Shown piece after piece: positions 51,401 to 58,403 of a DNA stretch of 64,000 bases. The notes under the pieces were generated by a model. That model did no database searches. It was not told the origin of the DNA and was given only the letters and a program-made list of their open reading frames with translations. The DNA is from a virus. Numbering within the stretch: position 1 is the stretch's first letter; every line of letters starts with the position of its first letter. The translations under genes and the position numbers were made by a program. The stretch lies in the IMG/VR virus record IMGVR_UViG_3300020724_000005; one strand, 5' to 3'.

Positions 51401-54001
51401 TACTGCTCTCAGTACGTAATATCTAATCCAGACTCTATCAACCACGTATTTTCTTATCAGAATTGCGATAATAATACTGTTGTAATAGGTATTCCTGCGA
51501 GTGGAAGCACTATAGTATGTGCAAAACCAGGAACTCTTAATTCTTACGATACTCCTGCTTACAGAGGATTTACTTTTTCTAGCGGAAGCATCTGTGGAAC
51601 TCAGTTTTCAAACTACTCTTATCCCTCTGATTGTAAAGTGGTAAGCGTTAGCAATCTTGGAACTACTAATATACTAGCCGCCTATCTAGATTGTGCAGGA
51701 AACTTTCAATCCAAAACTATATCTTCAGGAACATCGGCAGGTCTAAGCTGTGTACAACTGAGCAGTGTATCTTTGCGATCAATATCTCTGGCTCCTTTTA
51801 CAGCATCTATAATCGACGGCGGATACTGTAGTCCATACTATTCTCCTTATGAATATTGTCAGAATACAAACTTTACAGCATCTTCTGCATTTACGTTAGG
51901 ATATACAACATGCGCTGGATACAGAGTCAGTCAAGCTGTTACTTCAGGCACTAGATTAAACTTAGGGTGCATTCAGGTAGGATCAATAATTGGAGGAACG
52001 TTTACCACTTCTAGCTTAGGACCTTGTAATAACCTAAGCAGCTATACGAAATATTGTGACTACTTCTTAGGTGCAAATTCGTCATGGGGTTTAGGTAATG
52101 GACCAGTAACTGCATCATTTATAGACTGTGGTGGCACTCCAAGAACTATATCACAGTATTCAGCTGGTACGCCGTTCATCTATATTACTCAGTGCATAAG
52201 GTCTGGTTCTCTTGTACTTACAAACTTAGACAGTCCTACGATACTAACCGGATCTATAGGCTACTGCGGCTACTATGAAGATCCAACTCCTTACACAGGA
52301 AGCAGACTTTTAGCAGAGGTACAAGACTACAACTACAATAGAACGAGCACAGTAAATTCCAAGTATGCAGGAGCCAAGAGCACTAGTAATACTTACAATG
52401 TATTCACAAAAGGAGACAAATCATATGGAACTTCTCCAGCAATGGACTACTATGTTGACTATACAGGACTTTTCACTAGTGTAGAATCAAGCTCATACTT
52501 CCCTGATCAGATGGTTGCCAAGATGAGCTACATGGCAGATCTTTCAGGAGGTCTTCAGGAATTGAATTTGCAGAACAACAACTGGGTGTACTTCCAAAAC
52601 ATGTATAAACCAGGAGATACTGTTACCATAAAGCAGTTCAATGCGACACAGTACTCAAACCAGAAATATCTTGATAGAGGATTGACGGTGGTTGAGAGCG
52701 GATATTCTTATCCTCCTTATTGGTATAGACAGTCTGGATCTTTAGAGTGCTACATTGTAGAAGATGGGGCAGTAGATTCATTTGCTACAACTGCGTCTTT
52801 TGCTCAGATCTTCGCATCTACTTTTGGACCAACAACGACGATTATAGATGAAATAAAATACACACCGTCGTATGATCCAGATTCTACATATCCGTACATG
52901 TATCCAACTATTCCGAGTGGATCTTTTTCTGGAGTATCAAATTACAATTGGTATAACGTAAGTCTTGCTTTTTCTAGCTCTTGGTCTAGTAAAAACGATC
53001 CATATTCGATAATAACAAATTTTTCAAGTGGAAGCAGGTATAATTATATATCGGGATCTTATTTTACAATTCCTAGAGATGGTGTATATAACATAAGCAG
53101 CGTTTTTGGTTTTGCTTACTATATAACACCCCCTGGAACTACTGGAGTAAATAGCATAAAATTAGATATAATAAAATGGAACGGTTCATCTACAACATAT
53201 GGATTTGTAGAAGGTACTTCCATTTATAATTCAGGAATAAACCAATGGAATATACCTTCAGGAACAACTGTTGGAGGATTAACTATTTCATTAAATTCTC
53301 AAGCAAATAATGTATTCCTATCGGCTGGAGATAAAGTATCAGTAAAAATTACAGCGTATTTGAATTTTTCAGAAATAAGTTTATATGGAAGAGGCCATAC
53401 TGAAACCTATCAAGCAATACCATCTAATGGATCACTATGTATAGACACAACATCGACAAACCACGCTTTATTCAATACGGGAAGTTACATCAGAGGTGGA
53501 AACACTTTAACTCTATCTTCTGGAATGAGTCAATATTTCAATTCTCTCACTACATATAATCCTGGGTATGAGTCAAATCCATCTCCGTTATATCCTAGAT
53601 TTGGAGATGTAAATTACCCTACAGAAATAGATCCAGGAGATTACGTGATCTTATATTATAGTGGATCTGATGTAGGATATTCGTCTGATACTATATACCC
53701 TATAAGCAGAAGGATAACTGGAGTAAATTACGACTACTCTGGAAGCGTTACAAGCAGTGTGGCAAGCTTTACTGTGTATCCAAACATGCCAGGATTCATA
53801 AGCGGATCTAACATAAACAACTATCAAAAGGCCGTATTCGTAAAAAGAGTATCAGACGAAACAGTGCTTACTCTCCAAGGTAAAAAAAGACCAGGTCAAA
53901 CTTCATATGGATTTGTGGTGCCAGAGAACTTGAATCCAAACATAGCAAAGAACATAAACACGCTTCAATCAACGATACAGTCTCAGATACTAAACTACTA
54001 A
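48494..54001 (+). CDS. Giant baseplate/tail structural protein (gp7-like by position) with an internal Cys-rich repeat array
   Basis: 1835-aa uninterrupted ORF downstream of the gp6-like gene. 22 of its 24 Cys fall between aa 845 and 1258. Confidence 0.7.
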   Translation: MAEIVNISYIGAGNETQTYSQKDDALITNNTIYSKFGDPNDYIEYFIYDLNNQLIDYNYDANNYYPGRGASNPVTQQYGTINLDPQSDLKSRGYDRGSLNIQYNFHRNLFNSSYGRFFWIKEISPSRTEIKLASQNISNTDILNGYTQYQAYAAGLNYYNDFYLNFGNNELLIAVNVAYTEDADGSYILIKLYEPLPADHDVKDQLWIVEKLAEPATYNVDVQVEAVDVVQQNRLKGPNFNVKVNQTVNQTTPYYSHDSLFSTSVSSSYQKMISYYQDKSISINVDYSDFSNFIHFSSATSRINNFVYKLKSIETYNTQILASLALQGGISNPSVSASVILLQNSISDLITNFDGYEYYLYYSSGSSAWPKSNSKQPYTLYSVTSSQALNWLGSSTTVPTLSTYSILYSASYYDATNKDLLTNSIPQYLQDDSTNEPYVTFVNMVAQHFDNIWIYYKDVTNRFNATNNPNTGVSPDVVADAIIGLGTTLYTNTNVSDNLYYSLFGINQDGSLLPPTGSEKITTYVTSSIATESANDVQKEIYKRIYHNIPYLYKTKGTRASIQALINIFGIPKSVLTINEFGGYNRYSKDGVFEINNNKITGSLSVPMLSGSGNLLHPDVTIQYYQNDNRLNSRNLEVGFSPADEINSVVTSSLGLFNIDQYIGDPSYQYSGSYPALDQVKRNFFSGYSYYHNVYEYIRILKYYNNSLFKMVQDFVPARADLSTGLIVKSHLLERNKYQRHEPAVDMSMNFSESIDLIKVSGADPGEIPFSTANNTYSQFTLIPLSNPTGSAPVYGPVPISNTYSWEKYTGEFGGSEIQADYHNFDQTEYTSITSPWTSSVAGGCQLIKIQNSNLIGQNITANFTLCDGTPSSSYIAGGADSSTPNICMRTGAPITITPTYGLTYIFRNGDCTPPKMYVGQDQGALYNNVTSSVTSKLVTEAEYSYGINTPVNFDNIKTQNSCQNCNRVYCSQYVISNPDSINHVFSYQNCDNNTVVIGIPASGSTIVCAKPGTLNSYDTPAYRGFTFSSGSICGTQFSNYSYPSDCKVVSVSNLGTTNILAAYLDCAGNFQSKTISSGTSAGLSCVQLSSVSLRSISLAPFTASIIDGGYCSPYYSPYEYCQNTNFTASSAFTLGYTTCAGYRVSQAVTSGTRLNLGCIQVGSIIGGTFTTSSLGPCNNLSSYTKYCDYFLGANSSWGLGNGPVTASFIDCGGTPRTISQYSAGTPFIYITQCIRSGSLVLTNLDSPTILTGSIGYCGYYEDPTPYTGSRLLAEVQDYNYNRTSTVNSKYAGAKSTSNTYNVFTKGDKSYGTSPAMDYYVDYTGLFTSVESSSYFPDQMVAKMSYMADLSGGLQELNLQNNNWVYFQNMYKPGDTVTIKQFNATQYSNQKYLDRGLTVVESGYSYPPYWYRQSGSLECYIVEDGAVDSFATTASFAQIFASTFGPTTTIIDEIKYTPSYDPDSTYPYMYPTIPSGSFSGVSNYNWYNVSLAFSSSWSSKNDPYSIITNFSSGSRYNYISGSYFTIPRDGVYNISSVFGFAYYITPPGTTGVNSIKLDIIKWNGSSTTYGFVEGTSIYNSGINQWNIPSGTTVGGLTISLNSQANNVFLSAGDKVSVKITAYLNFSEISLYGRGHTETYQAIPSNGSLCIDTTSTNHALFNTGSYIRGGNTLTLSSGMSQYFNSLTTYNPGYESNPSPLYPRFGDVNYPTEIDPGDYVILYYSGSDVGYSSDTIYPISRRITGVNYDYSGSVTSSVASFTVYPNMPGFISGSNINNYQKAVFVKRVSDETVLTLQGKKRPGQTSYGFVVPENLNPNIAKNINTLQSTIQSQILNY
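51026..52267 (+). repeat. Five tandem ~70-85-aa Cys4 modules (coding repeat) inside the giant structural protein
   Basis: Each module follows C-x17-24-C-x17-21-C-x19-27-C, for example CKVVSVSN..YLDCAGNF..LSCVQLS..GGYC. The first Cys codon is 51026-51028 and the last is 52265-52267. Confidence 0.7.
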
Positions 54002-54006
54002 TCCAT

Positions 54007-54015
54007 ATATTTATA
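54007..54015 (+). promoter_or_regulatory. Promoter-like motif ATATTTATA
   Basis: 22 nt upstream of the ATG at 54038. Confidence 0.5.
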
Positions 54016-54037
54016 AACATAAACGAGATACAACAAA

Positions 54038-54697
54038 ATGGCGTACTTAAATAATACATCGGTGGTGATAGATGCCATCCTGACGAAGAAAGGAAGAGAG
54101 CTCCTAGCGAGAAACGATGGCAGCTTTCAAATAACCCAGTTCAGCCTTGCAGATGATGAGGTAGACTACAGCCTCTATAACCCCTATCACCCGTCAGGTT
54201 CTGCTTTCTACGGAGAAGCTATTCAAGCAATGCCGATAATCCAAGCGTATCCAGAAGACCAGGAGATCATGAAGTACAAGCTTCTGACGCTGCCTAGAGG
54301 AACTGGAGCGATACCTGTGATAAATGCTGGATATCAAAAGATATCTCTTCCTATAGGGTCTTCTCTGAGCATCCAGCCACAGACGCTAAACTATATTGGA
54401 TCTAGCACCACGTATGAAACATCTGGATATCAGTTCACCATAGGAGACGTTAGGACTATGTCTAACTTTACAGGAGTCGGCTTGAATACTCCAGAAGCAA
54501 CATCAATGAATAGCACTCTGACAGTTGGAACAAACGTATCTAAAACTGTGATAGGAACTTCACTGAACATGACAGCGACTACGGTAAAAAGCCTATTCGG
54601 ATCAAGCACTACTTCTTTTCTTACTACACAAATTACTATAGTCGGTAGAGACTCAGGAGCAAGATTAACAGTATCAGTAACAATAACTCAAAGCTAA
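54038..54697 (+). CDS. Virion structural protein
   Basis: 219-aa ATG ORF with a promoter-like motif 22 nt upstream. Confidence 0.55.
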   Translation: MAYLNNTSVVIDAILTKKGRELLARNDGSFQITQFSLADDEVDYSLYNPYHPSGSAFYGEAIQAMPIIQAYPEDQEIMKYKLLTLPRGTGAIPVINAGYQKISLPIGSSLSIQPQTLNYIGSSTTYETSGYQFTIGDVRTMSNFTGVGLNTPEATSMNSTLTVGTNVSKTVIGTSLNMTATTVKSLFGSSTTSFLTTQITIVGRDSGARLTVSVTITQS

Positions 54698-54714
54698 AAA
54701 ACACAAGATAACAT

Positions 54715-55773
54715 ATGTCTTTTTCAACACTAGCACCTACAGACTTTGTAGTAAGCTCAGACTCAGTAGTAGCGCCAGCTTGGACCTCAGGGCTTCCAAC
54801 ACTGACTGCATTTTATACGTCATCTACAGCAGTATCTCCTGCTCCAAACTTTTATCTTGATGTGTACGATACCCAACTGACTGGATCTACTGCGCAGGTT
54901 CAATTCTCAATAGCATACGGAAACGTTTTGGGCTCTGGATCTCAGCTGTATAACGATCTTGTTCCTGGAATGAGTCCTTCAAGAACTACATACGGTCAGT
55001 ATAGAAACCTTGTATATGCAGATGAGACCATGCTGTTTAATTTTGGTACAGGAAACATCGCTTCAGTAGATATGTTTGCTATAAACATAGACAGGAACAG
55101 ATACAAAGAGAGTTTATTTCCAGGCACTTTAAAATTAACTTTGGGAAATGGTACCACTTTCATAAACCTAACAGACGATAGCGTTTATACGACCAATAAC
55201 AATCTCACTATAAACTACGGAGACTGTGGACGCATATTCAACATCATATCAGGATCTTATGGCATGCCTACGACTTCTACGATAATATCTGCTCAAGCTG
55301 GATACACCCCCTCTGGGTCTTATGGTCTGTTCTTGCCTGACATCGGTACGATCATATTAAACCCTAGAGCGCTTGCACTACCTGCTGCTTCTGGAGGTAT
55401 CGCGATGACCATAGATACTGCTACTTATAACTCTACAAGTCCTCTATCTGTATCCAACAATAACAAATATCTCTACAATGCGATAAAGACAGGAGTGTGC
55501 TTCCAGTTAAACTCTCAGGAGACGATCTCAGCAAACTATGTGTTTGTCAGAGTAGGAAACCAAGACTACAACTACAGCAATAACCCGTCTTTCCTTTCAG
55601 GCTCTAGCGGACAACTGATATATCCAACTTTGGTAAACAGCCCTCAGACTTTCCCTACGACGGTCGGTTTATACAACGACAATGGAGACCTGCTAGCTGT
55701 GGCCAAGATGAGTAAACCGCTGCTTAAAGATTTCACGCATGAGGCATTAATTAGAGTGCGTTTAGATTGGTAA
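54715..55773 (+). CDS. Virion structural protein (full-length paralog of 55812..57203 + 57207..57503)
   Basis: 352 aa. The C-terminal block NYSNNPSFLSGSSGQL...FPTTVGLYNDNGDLLAVAKMSKP aligns with the 57207 ORF. N-terminal blocks align with the 55812 ORF. Confidence 0.65.
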   Translation: MSFSTLAPTDFVVSSDSVVAPAWTSGLPTLTAFYTSSTAVSPAPNFYLDVYDTQLTGSTAQVQFSIAYGNVLGSGSQLYNDLVPGMSPSRTTYGQYRNLVYADETMLFNFGTGNIASVDMFAINIDRNRYKESLFPGTLKLTLGNGTTFINLTDDSVYTTNNNLTINYGDCGRIFNIISGSYGMPTTSTIISAQAGYTPSGSYGLFLPDIGTIILNPRALALPAASGGIAMTIDTATYNSTSPLSVSNNNKYLYNAIKTGVCFQLNSQETISANYVFVRVGNQDYNYSNNPSFLSGSSGQLIYPTLVNSPQTFPTTVGLYNDNGDLLAVAKMSKPLLKDFTHEALIRVRLDW

Positions 55774-55811
55774 TCAACGAGTTACTATACTTATTTGAAT
55801 TAAAATAAAAT

Positions 55812-57203
55812 ATGGGAAGAAGTTATAATACTCTCAAGGCTTCTGATGTTACTGTTACTCCTGTGAAGTTGAAATACTCTGCTTCATACTACAGTAGCAC
55901 ATTTGGTCCTGGGTCGATAAACGTGCTCACCGGCTCTAACGGCGCTACGTCACCTACAGGCAGCTATCCTGATAGTTTCTTGCTGTATAGATCTATGCGA
56001 AATAGGTTTTACATGCAGTACATATCGGGTTCTCTTTTGGGCTCAGCAAGCGCATACGAGTGGTTTCCTCAGTCAACAGCTGCAACTGGCACCAACGATG
56101 ACGATAACAGATACTTCCCTACAGATCCTACGTCGACTATAAACGTGATCACTGTGCCAAAAGCGAACTTTGGAGAGAACATAGCCAAAGGATCGTTCAA
56201 GATAAAAGCAAGCAGCAGCATATTCAATACGGTAGACGACGGAAACGGAAACCTTGTGGCAGAGAGCAACCATACCATCCACGTAGGAAACATATTCTAT
56301 CCCCAAGGTCTTGCTGTGATCACAAATCCAGACTACCAAGCTATGTTCACAGTTGCTAGTACGGGTGGTGGTGGATTTACTTATCCATCAGGTCTTATTG
56401 CCGCCTACGATCCTGCTATAAACGTGACTTCTGGTATTGGTGGAGTAGTTACCTCATGGGGAAACTGGGTATCTGGAGCTCCTGTTGGAACGAATCTGCT
56501 GGTCAGCACTCCCACAGGCGCTAACATACTTCCGCCTGTTTACGTAAGCAACCTAATAAACGGAAAACCTGGAATAAAGATACAGGACTCACAAACGCCG
56601 ACTTACTTAACAGGATACGTAACACAGTCTTTGGGATTTTATGCTACATTGCCATTTAACACATATGGCCCATCATTTCCAACTGCCATAACAGTAATAT
56701 ACGTAGCAAACATACCAAGTAATACCATACCAGCAGCATCGTCTGGAATAATTACACCTTTTTACATGGCTAGCGGTCCAAAATATTTTGGAACTAAAAT
56801 AGTGTCGTCTTCAGCGGGTTATATACAAACGAGCTTTTCAGATTCTTCTATATCTCCCGCAGTATATCAAGAGTTAGACTACTCAACTAACGTGTTGGGG
56901 TCTCCGCCGTATGGAGTGTCTCCTTATATAATATCACAGACAGTATCATATGGTCCTACCCCTTTGATTTCTGGACAGATAAATAATACAAACGAATCAG
57001 TAACTATAAATCTTGGAACAAGTCCAGTTGTAGGAAGCTTCAACTCGATCATGACTTTCTTCATGGGTGCTGGATCATTGAGCGCAGGTTCTACAATAGG
57101 AACTAACTTTGGAGAGATACTCATTTGGTCAAGACAGCTTAGCTTAACTGAGATAGCATCAGTGAAAAATTACCTTTATACAAAATACAGCATAACACCT
57201 TAA
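55812..57203 (+). CDS. Structural paralog N-domain fused to a LamG/ConA-like lectin domain
   Basis: 463 aa. The N-terminal ~185 aa align with the 54715 product. The C-terminus ends ...NFGEILIWSRQLSLTEIASVKNYL, the typical Laminin_G_3 terminal strand pattern. Confidence 0.65.
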   Translation: MGRSYNTLKASDVTVTPVKLKYSASYYSSTFGPGSINVLTGSNGATSPTGSYPDSFLLYRSMRNRFYMQYISGSLLGSASAYEWFPQSTAATGTNDDDNRYFPTDPTSTINVITVPKANFGENIAKGSFKIKASSSIFNTVDDGNGNLVAESNHTIHVGNIFYPQGLAVITNPDYQAMFTVASTGGGGFTYPSGLIAAYDPAINVTSGIGGVVTSWGNWVSGAPVGTNLLVSTPTGANILPPVYVSNLINGKPGIKIQDSQTPTYLTGYVTQSLGFYATLPFNTYGPSFPTAITVIYVANIPSNTIPAASSGIITPFYMASGPKYFGTKIVSSSAGYIQTSFSDSSISPAVYQELDYSTNVLGSPPYGVSPYIISQTVSYGPTPLISGQINNTNESVTINLGTSPVVGSFNSIMTFFMGAGSLSAGSTIGTNFGEILIWSRQLSLTEIASVKNYLYTKYSITP

Positions 57204-57206
57204 AAT

Positions 57207-57503
57207 ATGCCTCTAGCCGCAACCACAATGTCGTTCCAAGCAGAATCTACAATATATCAAGTAGAGGTGAGGTGTCATGTCAATGAGAATGAGTTCAATT
57301 ACACCACAAACCCATCAGCTGTAAAATCAGGATCTTTGGGTCAACTGAACAACAGTGTGACTGGATCGGATTTCAATCCTTTTGCCACTACGATAGGTCT
57401 GTATAATGCGCAGAACGAGCTGTTGGTAGTAGGCAAGTTCGGCACTCCATATCCCATCCCAAGAAACACAGACGTAACTTTTGTTGTAAAATACGATACA
57501 TGA
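57207..57503 (+). CDS. Structural paralog C-domain (98 aa), in the same frame as the preceding ORF
   Basis: FNYTTNPSAVKSGSLGQL...FATTIGLYNAQNELLVVGKFGTP aligns with the C-terminus of the 54715 product. It is separated from the 55812 ORF only by TAA plus one sense codon. Confidence 0.6.
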   Translation: MPLAATTMSFQAESTIYQVEVRCHVNENEFNYTTNPSAVKSGSLGQLNNSVTGSDFNPFATTIGLYNAQNELLVVGKFGTPYPIPRNTDVTFVVKYDT

Positions 57504-57940
57504 TGAAATGGTTATTAAAGAATGAAGAGATAACAGGCGTAGAGCAATTCCCAGCAGGCGCAGTGGGATTTGTGTATAAGATCACAAACAACGCAACTGG
57601 CAAGTTTTACATCGGAAAGAAGATCCTCGAGAATAAGACAAAAAAGCTTCTCACTAAAAAGGAACAGTCTGAATGGACCAAACCAGGACGTATCCCAAAA
57701 AAGAAGATAGTGATTAAAGAAAGCAACTGGGCAGATTACTGGGGGAGCTGTAAACCGCTGTTAGAAGACGTAAAGACCGTAGGAAAAGACGGCTTCAAAA
57801 GAGAGATCTTGATCGTGTGTTTCAACAAAAAAAGTTTGAGCTACTGGGAGACTTACCACCAGTTTGAATACAAAGTCCTCCATGTAGATAGTTACAACGA
57901 AAACGTGCTTGGAAAATACTTCAGAAAAGACACGCAGTAG
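57500..57940 (+). CDS. GIY-YIG homing-endonuclease-like protein
   Basis: GFVYKITNNATGKFYIGKK (the GIY-x10-YIG motif). 146 aa. Its ATG overlaps the preceding stop. Confidence 0.7.
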   Translation: MMKWLLKNEEITGVEQFPAGAVGFVYKITNNATGKFYIGKKILENKTKKLLTKKEQSEWTKPGRIPKKKIVIKESNWADYWGSCKPLLEDVKTVGKDGFKREILIVCFNKKSLSYWETYHQFEYKVLHVDSYNENVLGKYFRKDTQ

Positions 57941-57943
57941 TCA

Positions 57944-57966
57944 ATATTTATTATAGAATATTTATA
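57944..57966 (+). promoter_or_regulatory. Tandem promoter-like motifs ATATTTATT (57944..57952) and ATATTTATA (57958..57966)
   Basis: The second copy is 16 nt upstream of the ATG at 57983. Confidence 0.5.
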
Positions 57967-57982
57967 CTAAACCCAGAACATA

Positions 57983-58384
57983 ATGTCTACGATAAACGCA
58001 ACGCTGAGTCTACAAACCAGCGATATATTCCCAGATCCAGTGTCATTGAGCACAACTGTATCAAACCAAGTGAATCTGAATGCTGACTTTGCGTCTGATG
58101 TTCTGCCTATGAATAAGAAGGTGGCCATATACGGTCCTTCTCAGAAATCAAACCCATCAGGCACAACATACATGTACATAAAATCTCTGCCCACAAACTC
58201 AGCGAAGATAAACGTGTACCTTGTGGATAAAAACAGCACTGAGATCTTGGCGATGAATCTGTGGCCTGGAGACTTTGCTTGGTTCCCTCTGTTAGACGAT
58301 GCTCAAATAGTTTCCGTAAAAGTTCTGAATCTGTCAACGACCACAACTGCAAAACTAGACTACTTCTTCGGAGAACGCGGATAA
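57983..58384 (+). CDS. Structural-module protein (stand-alone copy of the N-domain of 58404..60800)
   Basis: 133 aa. ...SLPTNS..INVYLV...LWPGDFAWFPL...AKLDYFFGERG aligns with aa 1-145 of the next gene. Confidence 0.6.
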   Translation: MSTINATLSLQTSDIFPDPVSLSTTVSNQVNLNADFASDVLPMNKKVAIYGPSQKSNPSGTTYMYIKSLPTNSAKINVYLVDKNSTEILAMNLWPGDFAWFPLLDDAQIVSVKVLNLSTTTTAKLDYFFGERG

Positions 58385-58403
58385 CATAAAACAAAAACAA
58401 AAA

